A DNA stretch of 63,979 nt, counting the filler, from a bacterium (GTDB lineage: Bacteria; JALSQH01): NCBI GenBank assembly GCA_026985515.1. It is 9 parts of 9 records of this genome, joined end to end, with 100 filler letters (N's around TTAATTAATTAA, not from the genome) between each part and the next. Parts side by side here need not be neighbours in the genome. Positions count along the whole stretch, not along the records: positions 1 to 9,783 come from JALSQH010000175.1; positions 9,884 to 19,635 come from JALSQH010000176.1; 7 more parts are not named here. One strand, written 5' to 3'. A program made the position numbers and the translations under genes. The notes beneath the pieces are model-generated. The model made no database searches. It was not told the origin of the DNA and was given only the letters and a program-made list of their open reading frames with translations. Below, in pieces: positions 1 to 10,332 of this stretch (positions within the stretch are counted from its first letter, which is position 1; the number at the start of each line of letters is the position of its first letter).

Positions 1-2
1 AT

Positions 3-3000
3 GTTGTTGAGCATCTGGGTTCTGGGTTGTTGAAGAGCAATGCCATGGCAAACTATGTTGATGTGATCGTAAGAAAATTTCTTGATGGAGATAAATCCAC
101 TGAAATTCAGTACGATAAGGATGGAGACTTTCACTATATAAGCGGATATGAGGCAAAAGCTCTGATTGACAGGCAGTGTCTGGATGTTATGGTTCAGACA
201 ATTTGCTTCAGCATGTATTTGAGCGATGTAAATCATGATGGGAAAATTTTCACCTATGATCCCGCAAATACCAATACATACGTTCACTTCAGAGCCAGCA
301 CAGGTTCAGATGGAACGGAAAGGACAAAGGATGATTACATCTATCTCGAAATATCTTTTGCAAATGTTGGTCTGGATGTTTTAATTGAACCGCCACTAAA
401 TAGTGAGCTTGATCCCTCTGAAAGTTTAAATTACCTTTGTTCGGATCAAATTTCAGGTCATCCTATCTATGGATGTATCCCTGCTGATTCAAATGATCCG
501 AGTAAACCCGCCAATTCAGACGATGTTCCAAGGGTACTTGATTACTATGTAAAAGCGTGGACTATTGCCCAGGTTAATCAGATAAAGGTAAAGGTGGGAA
601 TCCAGCTTCAAAGCGTTTTTTATCCGGATCAGGATGAGAGGTCAAAGATTGGATTCAATCTTGAGGATATTGAAATAGACGGCGACTTTCAGATGATACT
701 TCATGCAGGTCCCTTCTGTGACGATTCGGGTGGGGATACTCTTGGTCATGCTGTTCCCACTGATAATGAAAACGATTGTTATTATAGTAATGGATATAGG
801 TATCCCGATGCCACGCATAATGCCACGACTTTCATGACAGAACTTATTCCATTTATCAATGCAGAACTTAAAGCAACTGCAAAGGATATATGGCAGGATG
901 ATACTCCAGGAACCCCTGGTTATTACTTTGGACCCACAATGTTAATTGATTTGAGTGACATAACGAAAAATCTTGCCCTTTCAAATCCAATTTACCCGAA
1001 TCCTAACAGCATAACAGTTGAATTATCAATGAGAACATCCGATTCTATTCCACATAAAGGGGGGTCAACGGACAGTTATGCAGATTTCTGGACAGATTAT
1101 TATGGTACCCTCACGGTATTTGACCTTGGAATAAGGTCAAAATTCCTTGATGCAGATACTGGCAGTCCCGTACATAGCTGTATGCAGGATAGTGGCAGTC
1201 TGAGTGGTTATGTGGATGGATGGGGATACTGGAGGCCTACCATTCCACCCCAGTATATTGATAACACTTCAGATGATATTACCGGAATTTTAACTTCAAC
1301 AAACCAGAGTGTGCAGTTCAAAAATGGGTATGGAGGTTATACAACATCCAGCAGTGCTATAAGAAATGCTACAAGGGGACTCCTCTGGTATGAGCGAATG
1401 CCTGTATTGCCGGGACCAGGTGATGTAAAAACTTACAGTGATATATACAGTATTGGAATCGCACTGCACCAGAACTTACTGAACAAACTGCTTTATGATC
1501 TGGTTACAAATGGAGTTCTGTGCCTTGATCTTGACGCCAGAAATAGTGGGGGATCAGGTGGTGGAATGGGACTTGACCTCAGCAGTATTCTGAATACCAA
1601 GTTTTTTAAGTACATTTTTCCTGCCCTTGCAGATAGATATCCTGATGCTGATATGAGGGTGCGGGGTTATCCTGCTCTGAAGGACTTCACCAATGGAGGA
1701 CACACACCTGCTCCTTCTGAACTTGGCAATTTACCAGACTGGCAGATGCCATACTTTGTTGTGGGTGGTCCTAAAATAAGAACGCAGAACTTCGAATTTA
1801 TCCCTGATCTCACACTGGTTATTCCAAATTATCTGCTGCAATTTTATGTTTATGATGATAATGCAGGGGGAATTTTGAGAAGGGCTTTCGGAATCAACAC
1901 AACACTGGTTATTGGTTTGCACATTGATCTTTTGAAAACAAGTGATCCCAGTGTTACACTGCCGAGCGGATTTACTTATAATGGAACTTGGTACCCCATA
2001 GGTTGTGATAGTGATGGCGATACTTCAGACTGCGACGTTCAGGCAGATACCCTGAGAGTTCTGAGAATTGCAGGAATGGTGCATCCATTCGTGAATGCTG
2101 TACTTACTTATGAAGAGATGGATGATTACACAAATGCCAATGCTTTCGAGAATGTAAATTACTATATAAATGGAATTTCTCAGATCATCGGAGTACTGCT
2201 TTCATCAAGGCTTGATCTTGATGTGGATATAGGATTTGATCCAGGCGCTTTTCTTGGAATGCCTCTATCCCTGAATTTTGTAAAAATTGGACCAAGTTTT
2301 GTGGCTGACAATGGAACCACCAATCTTACCGATGGTGATGGAAATGGTTATGGTGATTATCTTGAAATAGGGATTAAAATTGAAGATTACTTTGGCAATG
2401 ATCCCAATCTTATTGGAAAATATATCCTCAGGTTGCTGGATAAGTTTATGAGTGGTGGTCTGGGTGGTGGATTGAGCCTTGGTGGTGCTCCCGCCTCAGA
2501 AGGAATTCCCGGTGTTTCGTGGAAATATGATCCAACTGCAAAGCCACTGCTTGGTTTCACTGATTTCTTTGATGAACCGGAGGTTGTACCCTCAAAACTT
2601 GGAGTTGTAATCCCTGTAAAATCAGACTTCCCTGAATCTTACGAAATAAGCTACAAATTGGATGAAGGATTGTGGACTCCCTTTTTCAGGCCAGATAGTG
2701 AGTTGAAGTTCTACAATCTCCCTGAAGGATGGCACAGGCTTGAGATCTCATTCATGGGACCAGGAGCAAAAGATCTTATCAGAAATAACATAACCTATAA
2801 GTTCCTTGCTGATTATACCCCTCCGTCAATAAATAAGATTGATGTCAGAAATGGTCATAATGAGGTTGAGGTTTCAGTAAGAGCAACAGATAATTTCACT
2901 CCTTCTGAAGCACTGAAGGTTCAATATAAAGTGGACAGTGGTGAGTGGAGAGATGGAGACATACCTGAATTCAGGTTCTCTTTGAGGAAGGAAGGGGTAC

Positions 3001-3173
3001 ATGTTCTTAAGCTCAAAGTCACTGATAGTGAAGGAAATGTGGCTTACGCTGTGAAGAGATTTGTATACAGTTCTTCTTTTGGATGTACCCAGTCTGGATC
3101 TTCTGCTGATTATCTTGTAATTCTCCTTATTCCTCTTATTCTGGTAGTGGTGAGAAGGGGTGTCAGGACTTAG
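3..3173 (+). CDS. Large acidic (Asp/Gly/Asn-rich) surface protein, 5'-truncated, with C-terminal Ig-like domains and a MYXO-CTERM-like sorting tail; possible BPI/LBP-like lipid-binding core
   Basis: The frame is open from base 3, so the track start at 27 is probably not the real start. The C-terminus SSFGCTQSGSSADYLVILLIPLILVVVRRGVRT is GC motif + TM helix + Arg cluster. Ig-like repeats (YKLDEGLWTPF, DYTPPSI, YKVDSGEW, EGVHVLKLKVTDSEGN) precede it. Confidence 0.7.
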   Translation, partial: VVEHLGSGLLKSNAMANYVDVIVRKFLDGDKSTEIQYDKDGDFHYISGYEAKALIDRQCLDVMVQTICFSMYLSDVNHDGKIFTYDPANTNTYVHFRASTGSDGTERTKDDYIYLEISFANVGLDVLIEPPLNSELDPSESLNYLCSDQISGHPIYGCIPADSNDPSKPANSDDVPRVLDYYVKAWTIAQVNQIKVKVGIQLQSVFYPDQDERSKIGFNLEDIEIDGDFQMILHAGPFCDDSGGDTLGHAVPTDNENDCYYSNGYRYPDATHNATTFMTELIPFINAELKATAKDIWQDDTPGTPGYYFGPTMLIDLSDITKNLALSNPIYPNPNSITVELSMRTSDSIPHKGGSTDSYADFWTDYYGTLTVFDLGIRSKFLDADTGSPVHSCMQDSGSLSGYVDGWGYWRPTIPPQYIDNTSDDITGILTSTNQSVQFKNGYGGYTTSSSAIRNATRGLLWYERMPVLPGPGDVKTYSDIYSIGIALHQNLLNKLLYDLVTNGVLCLDLDARNSGGSGGGMGLDLSSILNTKFFKYIFPALADRYPDADMRVRGYPALKDFTNGGHTPAPSELGNLPDWQMPYFVVGGPKIRTQNFEFIPDLTLVIPNYLLQFYVYDDNAGGILRRAFGINTTLVIGLHIDLLKTSDPSVTLPSGFTYNGTWYPIGCDSDGDTSDCDVQADTLRVLRIAGMVHPFVNAVLTYEEMDDYTNANAFENVNYYINGISQIIGVLLSSRLDLDVDIGFDPGAFLGMPLSLNFVKIGPSFVADNGTTNLTDGDGNGYGDYLEIGIKIEDYFGNDPNLIGKYILRLLDKFMSGGLGGGLSLGGAPASEGIPGVSWKYDPTAKPLLGFTDFFDEPEVVPSKLGVVIPVKSDFPESYEISYKLDEGLWTPFFRPDSELKFYNLPEGWHRLEISFMGPGAKDLIRNNITYKFLADYTPPSINKIDVRNGHNEVEVSVRATDNFTPSEALKVQYKVDSGEWRDGDIPEFRFSLRKEGVHVLKLKVTDSEGNVAYAVKRFVYSSSFGCTQSGSSADYLVILLIPLILVVVRRGVRT

Positions 3174-5862
3174 AAATATCTGGAGGATCTCCTTTGTGGG
3201 GATCCTCATTCTTTTTTTAGTTTCCTGTCATGGCAAAAATGAGAAGAAGGAAATTGTTTATCCAGAGATTCTTTCTCTTGATCTCTATCCTATTGAGGGA
3301 AAAGCTCCGCTAAAAGTCAGGTTCAGTGTTACACTGAAGAACCAGAATCTTAAAGGGTATTTCATTGGATGGGATTTCAATGGAGATGGTAATTTTGAAT
3401 CAAAAACCTCTTTGAAGAACACCTCAGAGGAGTGGACGTATAATGAACCCGGAAATTATGTTGTTAAAGTTTCTATTTTAAATGATGAAAACAGGATTCT
3501 CTCAACAAGGGAGGGACTTGTCAGGGTTAAGAAGAATTTGCCACCTGTGATAAATTCCTTTCAGGTATCTCCATCTGCTGGAAGGGTGCCATTGAAAGTA
3601 ATACTTCGCCTTGATGCTGAGGATCCAGATCCTTTACCAGGTGCAGGAGGCATAACAAAAACAGAATTTGATATGGATGGTGATGGAAAACCTGACATCG
3701 CTGTAAATGGATATGAGAAACAGGCTGAGTATATGTATGATGATCCCGGAATTTATCATGTTTTTGCCTATGTGTACGATGATCAGAATGATTTTGCCGC
3801 TGCAGGACCGGTGACAGTGAGTGTTTTTCTTCCTCCCCCGGTAATTGAGAATCCCGAGAAACAGATATGGCATGGAGGTGGTGGCAGCTCCTACTCAGTT
3901 ACATACGCTACAGAGACAAAAGAGTTGTTTGTAGGGGATGGCTATGAGGGTTTAAAGATTTACAGATTTTCATCATCTTACCCTTTTACCATTACATTGA
4001 CTGACAGGGAGCTCTCTTATCTGGATGGTCAGCTCATTCAAGCACTGATTTTACATCACAAAGTTTTTGCACTTTTTGATAATTCTCTTGGTGTTTATTA
4101 TTCTCCTGTTTCTGAGGTTGAAAAGGGTAATTTTGAAAATCTTTTTGCTGGCAATATCCCATTTGTGAAGAAAATCTCATGTTGCGGGAGGGATTTTATA
4201 ATTGGTGAAAATCTTTCTTCATTTTCGCTTATTCTTGCCGAAGTGAATGATAATGGAGTAGGGGATGCTTTTTCATATTCTCTTGAATATTTCATTGAGT
4301 ATTTACAGCACAATGATGCTTCACCTTTCTGCATAACTCCCCAGGCAAGAGATTTCATAGTCAGCGGTGATAGTCTGCTCATCTTAATGGAGAAGTGTCT
4401 GTGGGAGTTACCTCTGAATGATGTAATCACAGGAAAATATTCAGCTGACTCTTTTAAATTTTTTGACCTTTCCCATTTTTACCACAGTTACTGGAAGGGT
4501 TATCTGGAGGGGAATTTTCTCTTTCTTTCACACGATTATGGCGTGGATCTTTTCAAATATTATCCGGGTGTCCTCACTTTCGAGTCAGGAAGCGAGCCAG
4601 GTGTTTCAGTTGGACCTGTGGTTTCTTCATATTTTGGAGTATATTCCAGGAGTACAACCAGTATCGTCCTGTTACAGTCCGGTAACGAAGGATACAATGT
4701 CTTTTACACTTTTTCTCTTACCAGCCATACTTTAAGTAGCAGCGGGTTTCTGAGAGAATACAGTGGGGTAATCAGGGATTTTATCAGGCTGAACAACAGT
4801 TTTTCAATACTTGCAGTTGGAGAAGATGGTCTGATTTTTTCCGATGGCTCTGATTATAAAGACTTCAAAATAAATGATCATCTTAAAGGGTATGGTATTG
4901 GCGTAACATCAGGTAGAAAATTTTTGATAACTACCGCCGGTGTTAACGGTTATGAAGTTGTGGATATTGACAGTTTTACTTCTCCACGGTTTCTCTATCA
5001 TTTTTCTGATTACAGCACAGTTTATGCAGATCTCTACATAGATGGAAACTACGGCTGGCTTGTAACTGAAAGTTCTGGGGTTGCTGTGCTGAATAGAATA
5101 CGGGTGATTTCAGAACCACCCTATATTTTAAAACAAGAAGGATTTGTAATAGCGGATTCCGAAAATGGCGAAGATTACAGTTTCTATCCCATAAATGAGA
5201 CTTATGCAGTCATTCTTTACAGAAGTCCCTCATTGATATATGCCTATATAGTTTCTGGTTCAACCAGAACAGGATGTGCAAGAATTGATGTTGAGACCAA
5301 TAGTGTCACTCTTCTTGACGATACTCTCTTTGTGTCAGATCCTGCAGCTGCAATTTATTACTACAGCTTTCCAGATCTTCTCAGATGTAAAAAGACATGG
5401 GCATATAAAGATCTTTTATTAAATGGTACCCTTATAACACCTCTGGTCATCGATGGAGTAGAATGGAAAGGAGATCATATTCTTCTTATTGGAGGAGGTG
5501 ACAGAAGAGTTTATGGTTTCAATTATGATTCATCAACAAATTCCCTTTTTATGAGAGATGGATATCCCCTTTTTGGTAATTCGGAAGAGTTTTCGAATCA
5601 GATTATCTTCGAGGATATGAAAACACTGGGTCCATATGTTTTTATTGCAATGGGGAATGGTGGTTTTGGAATTATAGATGCCTATAACGCAGGTGTACTT
5701 ACATATGAAGAAGGCCTGATCACCCACAGAATTCTTATTTATCCATCAGATTCAGGATGGGTAAAGCTCATATTAAGAGGTAATCTTTCTTTAATGAATA
5801 ATCCTGATTATCCTGATACCATCAGATTTATTGAAATCCCTGGACTCAAATACTCTCCGTAA
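3160..5862 (+). CDS. Lipoprotein with two PKD domains followed by a probable beta-propeller (LVIVD-like repeats)
   Basis: Lipobox-like LVSC. PKD motifs GKAPLKVRFS...WDFNGDG...YNEPGNYVVKV and GRVPLKV...FDMDGDG...YDDPGIYHV. Propeller-like repeats LFVGDGYEGLKIY, LAVGEDGL, TAGVNGYEVVDI, FIAMGNGGFGIID. Overlaps the upstream stop. Confidence 0.7.
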   Translation: MSGLRNIWRISFVGILILFLVSCHGKNEKKEIVYPEILSLDLYPIEGKAPLKVRFSVTLKNQNLKGYFIGWDFNGDGNFESKTSLKNTSEEWTYNEPGNYVVKVSILNDENRILSTREGLVRVKKNLPPVINSFQVSPSAGRVPLKVILRLDAEDPDPLPGAGGITKTEFDMDGDGKPDIAVNGYEKQAEYMYDDPGIYHVFAYVYDDQNDFAAAGPVTVSVFLPPPVIENPEKQIWHGGGGSSYSVTYATETKELFVGDGYEGLKIYRFSSSYPFTITLTDRELSYLDGQLIQALILHHKVFALFDNSLGVYYSPVSEVEKGNFENLFAGNIPFVKKISCCGRDFIIGENLSSFSLILAEVNDNGVGDAFSYSLEYFIEYLQHNDASPFCITPQARDFIVSGDSLLILMEKCLWELPLNDVITGKYSADSFKFFDLSHFYHSYWKGYLEGNFLFLSHDYGVDLFKYYPGVLTFESGSEPGVSVGPVVSSYFGVYSRSTTSIVLLQSGNEGYNVFYTFSLTSHTLSSSGFLREYSGVIRDFIRLNNSFSILAVGEDGLIFSDGSDYKDFKINDHLKGYGIGVTSGRKFLITTAGVNGYEVVDIDSFTSPRFLYHFSDYSTVYADLYIDGNYGWLVTESSGVAVLNRIRVISEPPYILKQEGFVIADSENGEDYSFYPINETYAVILYRSPSLIYAYIVSGSTRTGCARIDVETNSVTLLDDTLFVSDPAAAIYYYSFPDLLRCKKTWAYKDLLLNGTLITPLVIDGVEWKGDHILLIGGGDRRVYGFNYDSSTNSLFMRDGYPLFGNSEEFSNQIIFEDMKTLGPYVFIAMGNGGFGIIDAYNAGVLTYEEGLITHRILIYPSDSGWVKLILRGNLSLMNNPDYPDTIRFIEIPGLKYSP

Positions 5863-6628
5863 TTGGACCGTGAGGTTCTCTTGAGAAATACTGCTTTACA
5901 ATGGGATTTGGAGAAGCGAGAATTTCATCTTTTCTTCCAAATTCTATGAGTTTCCCCCGAAAGATGACCCCTATGTAATCTGCTATGTTTAATGTCGTAT
6001 CTATGGTGTGACTGATAACAACGAATGTTTTACCTGTGCTCGAATTTATTTCTTTTATCAGCTCTTCGATCGACGCTGAAATTACAGGGTCAAGTCCGGA
6101 GGTTGGTTCATCTAAGAGGAGTATCTCGGGATTCAGTGAAAGTATCCTTCCCAGTGCCACTCTTTTTCTCATTCCGCCACTTAATTGATCTGGATAGAGT
6201 TTTTCTGCTCCTCTGAGATGCAGATTATGAATAATCTCTTCCACAGTTTTTTTAATCTCCACTTTGTTCTTTGAAGAGTGAATTTTCAGAGGAAAGGCAA
6301 TATTTTCTTCAACTGTTAACCAGTCAAATAATCCCAGTTCCTGAAACATTATTCCCATGGTTTTTCTTCTTAAATTGATTAATTCTTCATAGGATAGGGA
6401 GGTCAGGTCGGTATCCTTTACATAGATTTTTCCTGAAGTTGGTCTGAGCAATCCCGTCAGTAGTTGAAGCAGTGTAGATTTACCGCTTCCGCTGGGCCCA
6501 ATTATGACCGTTATTTTTCCCTGCGGGATTTGCATATTTATGTCTTTCAGAATAATGGAATTTCCTGCTCTGTAGTTTAAATTTATCGTCTTAATTATTC
6601 CATCCGGACCAGTGATATGAACCATCAA
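5846..6628 (-). CDS. ABC transporter ATP-binding protein, MlaF/Mkl (Ttg2A)-like
   Basis: Walker A GPSGSGKST, signature LSGGMRKRVALGR, LLDEPTSGLDPV, SH switch. LYPDQLSGGMRKR and the C-terminal SPNPIVKQYF are typical of the MlaF family. Confidence 0.8.
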   Translation of the reverse strand: MMVHITGPDGIIKTINLNYRAGNSIILKDINMQIPQGKITVIIGPSGSGKSTLLQLLTGLLRPTSGKIYVKDTDLTSLSYEELINLRRKTMGIMFQELGLFDWLTVEENIAFPLKIHSSKNKVEIKKTVEEIIHNLHLRGAEKLYPDQLSGGMRKRVALGRILSLNPEILLLDEPTSGLDPVISASIEELIKEINSSTGKTFVVISHTIDTTLNIADYIGVIFRGKLIEFGRKDEILASPNPIVKQYFSREPHGPITESI

Positions 6629-7007
6629 TAAAAACCTCTTTTTTCCATACAGGCAGATCCTTTTTTATTTCTTCAAGAAGAAATCTGTTTGCAGCATATG
6701 CTTCTTCCCTGTGAGCAGAAGATGTGGCAATGACAAGAGTTATCTCTCCGGGATGAAGGTTTTCTCCTATTCTGTGCACCACAGCCACCTTTACCCCAGG
6801 CCACTTCCTGAGAGATTTCTCTACAATCTGTGAAAGAATATTTTCTGCGAATTCCTTTTCAGCTTCGTAAGTCAGGTATTTTACCTTTTTGTCTCCGGTT
6901 CTGTTTCTGACTGTCCCTACGAATAGGACAATGGCTCCTCTGTCTTCCGCAGAAACCTGTCTCAGCAGCTCTTCCACATTAATGGGGTCACTCGTTATCT
7001 TGAGCAT
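6591..7007 (-). CDS. moaE: Molybdopterin synthase catalytic subunit MoaE
   Basis: GAIVLFVGTVRN, LTYEA, VVHRIG, SSAHREEAY, IKKDLPVWKKE. Confidence 0.92.
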   Translation of the reverse strand: MLKITSDPINVEELLRQVSAEDRGAIVLFVGTVRNRTGDKKVKYLTYEAEKEFAENILSQIVEKSLRKWPGVKVAVVHRIGENLHPGEITLVIATSSAHREEAYAANRFLLEEIKKDLPVWKKEVFIDGSYHWSGWNN

Positions 7008-7255
7008 TATCCACCTCCCACGGGTGGGATCAGGTAAATTTCATTTTCCATGATTTCTTCATCCTGTGATAAATATCTTTCTCTTGATGCTATACGGAGC
7101 AGAACCTTTTCATCATCCGTTAAATTCAGCACTTCACCTGTAAGGTTCAAAATTTTTCCGGGAGTAACCGGAGGAGAAACGGTCAGCTCAATGCAATCAC
7201 TTTTTGCCTTTTCTCTGAGTGGTCCAAACAACTTAACTTTAATTTTTTTCATCAT
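7007..7255 (-). CDS. moaD: Molybdopterin synthase sulfur carrier MoaD (ThiS/MoaD family)
   Basis: N-terminal IKVKLFGPLRE, C-terminal LIPPVGGG di-glycine, coupled to moaE. Confidence 0.85.
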   Translation of the reverse strand: MMKKIKVKLFGPLREKAKSDCIELTVSPPVTPGKILNLTGEVLNLTDDEKVLLRIASRERYLSQDEEIMENEIYLIPPVGGG

Positions 7256-7303
7256 TCCTTCCATTATGATAGTATATATAAAAAGGTTTTGTGAAGCCAG
7301 AAG

Positions 7304-9783
7304 ATGAGGTTATCTGAAACTGTTCTGGAAAGAAAGTTGTTAGGGAGAGTGAGAAACCCCATTTATTACACAGGTGGAGAACTCAATCTCCCGTCTGTAG
7401 ATTTCGAGAAAGGCAAAGTGAGACTTCTTCTCTCCTTCCCTGATCTCTATCCGGTGGGAATGAGTAACCATGGCTGGCAAATACTCTATCATATTGTTAA
7501 CAGGTCAGGAAGATTCACCGCTGAGAGAGTCTTTGCTGTCCCAGAAGATGTAGAGAGAATTCTTACAAAGGAGAATATTCCTCTATATTCTCTTGAAACA
7601 AAAACTCCGGTAAGTGAGTTCGATGTAATTGGTTTTTCCCTGTCACACGAGCTCCTTTTTACATCAATGCTACAGATATTAAAGCTGGGAGGAATCCCCT
7701 TAAGAAGTGAGGATAGGAGAGGTTTCCCCATTATCATTGCTGGTGGTCCAGGTGTCGCGAATCCAGAACCCATTGCCCCATTTGTTGATGCAGCATTTAT
7801 AGGCGATGGTGAGGAGGCAATTCTTGAGATTCTGGAGGTGGTGTATGAGGGGAAAAAATATGGTGCGTCGCGGGAGGAAATCATAGAGGAATTGTCAAAG
7901 ATTGAGGGTATTTATGTCCCTTCATTTTTTAAGCCTGTTATTACAAATGGAAGATTTTCAGGGTATCAGTATTTGAAAAGTGATTACAGAAAAGTAAGAA
8001 GAAGACTTGTAACTGACCTGAACGAAGTTTTCTTCCCTTCTGAACAGATCACTCCTCTTGTTCAGGTGGTACATGACAGATTTACTGTTGAAATTGCAAG
8101 GGGATGCGTGAGATCCTGCAGATTCTGTCAGGCGGGAATGATTTACAGACCTGTGAGGGAGAGAAATATAGACGAAATTTTAAAAATAATTCAGGATGGT
8201 GTCAGAAAAACAGGAATAGGAGATATATCTTTTCTCTCTTTAAGTGTCGGAGATTATACCCGGATTGAGGAACTTGTAAGGGAAGTGATGGATTGGGCTG
8301 AAGGTGAGAATGTTTCACTCTCTTTTCCTTCGATCCGCATAGATACATTCAGCAGGGATATTGTTGAGCAGATAAAAAGAGTCAGAAAAACGGGCTTTAC
8401 AATAGCCCCTGAGACAGGAACAGACAGGTTGAGGCGGGTCATTAATAAGTACTGGAAAAATGAGGATGTTTTGAAAACTGCTGAAATTGTTTCTCAGGCT
8501 GGGTGGAGGCTTATCAAACTTTACTTTATGATTGGTCTGCCCACGGAGACCGATGAAGACAGAGAAGGTATAGTGGAACTTGTGAAAAACGTCAAAAAGG
8601 TCATAAAAAATGTGAATGCAAGTGTTGCTGTTTTTGTTCCCAAGCCCCACACCCCTTTTCAGTGGGAAACTTTTCTCGGGATTGAAGAGGGAAGAGAGAT
8701 TTTAAAGAAACTGGGAAGAGAAATAAGGCGAAGTGGCGCAGGTTTTAAGTGGCATCTTCCAGAGATGTCTTTTATTGAAACTGTACTGGGCAGAGGTGAT
8801 AGAAGGTTAGCTGATGTTGTGGAGTATGTTTTTGAAAATGGCGGGAGACTTGATAGCTGGAACGAGTATTTCAAATTTGACCTGTGGCTTGAGGGATTTG
8901 AGAAATCAGGTTTAAATCCTGAACTTTTCGCCTCTGAAATACCCGAGGATCTTTCTCTTCCCTGGGATCACATAGACTATGGAATTTTAAAAAAGTTTTT
9001 AAAAAGGGAACGGAAGAAGGCAAAAGAGGAACAGGAAACTCCTTTTTGTTTTACAGGGGATTGTTCTGCATGTGGAGTTTGCGATTTTAAAAGGATTTAC
9101 AATGTAGTTTCGGAGGAGAAGAAAATTCATTTGAAAAAAATAGAAAAGCCTCTGTATTTTAAGAAGATTTTGATTTCATACCGGAGAAAAGGTGTTTACA
9201 GGTATATTTCTTCAAAGGAGCTGTCAAGAGACTGGGGTATTTTTCTGAGGAAAGCTGGAATAAAAATTAAATACACTGAAGGTTTTCATCCCCTTCCAAA
9301 ACTTTCCTTTATTTTTCCTGCCCCGGTAGGGGTAGCCTCTGAGGAGGAACTTGTTGAGGTGTGGGTTGATGCCAGATTATCAAGTGGTGAGGTTGTGTCA
9401 GCCATGGAAGAGATTCTTCCAGAGGAATTTAAGCCGGTGAGGGCGCGGGATGACACTTTTATTTCGGAAAAGGATGTTGCAGGTTTTTTGTATGAAGTGA
9501 ATTTTTATGATGAAACTGATCTATCTCAAGCTGTTGAAAAGTTCATGGAGAGATCTGTAATAGAGTGGAGAAGAGTTAAAAAGGGAAAGGTAAAAGTTAA
9601 AAATTTAAAAGAATATGTGGAAGTAGTGGATTATGATTTAACCAGATTTCTGTTTAAGCTCCTGATAAAGAAGGATGGCAGCATCCCGGTGAGTATAGTA
9701 CTTGAGGAAGGTTTTGGAATTTCAGAACCATTTACGAAAGGGGAAATTGTGAGAAAAAAAATTTTGCTTAAAGGAGTTGATAT
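7304..9783 (+). CDS. B12-binding radical SAM protein (TIGR03960-type) fused to a TIGR03936-type radical SAM-linked domain; 3' end at contig gap
   Basis: FPDLYPVGMSNHG, EIARGCVRSCRFCQAG (CxxxCxxC), APETG, KLYFMIGLPTE, FVPKPHTPFQW, LPWDHID, CxxCGVC, then YTEGFHPLPKLSF. Confidence 0.88.
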
Positions 9784-9883
9784 NNNNNNNNNNNNNNNNN
9801 NNNNNNNNNNNNNNNNNNNNNNNNNNNTTAATTAATTAANNNNNNNNNNNNNNNNNNNNNNNNNNNNNNNNNNNNNNNNNNNN
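9784..9883. other. Artificial contig linker (identical linkers at 19636, 29387, 39071, 48587, 57865, 60101, 62335)
   Basis: N44-TTAATTAATTAA-N44, with stops in all six frames; genes are cut at every junction. Confidence 0.97.
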
Positions 9884-10266
9884 AACTCGCTGACAGGGTG
9901 ATGCAGAAGGTTGGGTGGCGTTTTGAGGTTTTTATTCAGATGTCAAAAAAATATATGGAAGAGGTTTTCAATCCCAATGTTCCAGATGCTGAAGGTGTTA
10001 AGTATTTTTCCTGGTCAGCAAAGGCTTCCCTTTTTGGGAAAAACAGAGTTGCTCCTTTTATGCTACCTCTTTATCTCATAATTTACTTCACTGAGGGAGC
10101 AAATGACGGAATGGTCTCTGTGGAATCAGCAAAGTGGGGAAAATGGCTCGGTGTTTTAGATGGAGATCACTATGGTGTTATTGGACAACCCCTGGGATTG
10201 ACCAGTTTTGATTACCTCGGATTCTTTCTGTCTGAGGCGAGGAGACTGGAGAGGGAGGGATTGTAA
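9884..10266 (+). CDS. C-terminal part of a triacylglycerol lipase-like alpha/beta hydrolase (5'-truncated)
   Basis: FNPNVPDAEGVKYFSW, EGANDGMVSVESAKWG (catalytic Asp) and DHYGVIG (catalytic His), as in family I/fungal-type lipases. Confidence 0.75.
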
Positions 10267-10281
10267 GGTTGTCTTCCTCTA

Positions 10282-10310
10282 TTGACATAAATGCTTTTCT
10301 TTATTATGCT
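10282..10310 (+). promoter_or_regulatory. Sigma70-type promoter for the TatT-DctP-AOR operon
   Basis: TTGACA (10282-87), 17 nt spacer, TATGCT (10305-10); GGAGG RBS at 10322-26 before ATG 10333. Confidence 0.65.
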
Positions 10311-10332
10311 TAAAGAAAAACGGAGGATTGCA

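Noticed and set aside
7304..9783. Radical SAM fusion as a novel RiPP or cofactor system with moaD/moaE
   Set aside because: The TIGR03960+TIGR03936 fusion is widespread in deltaproteobacteria; it is divergent from moaDE and no precursor peptide is evident
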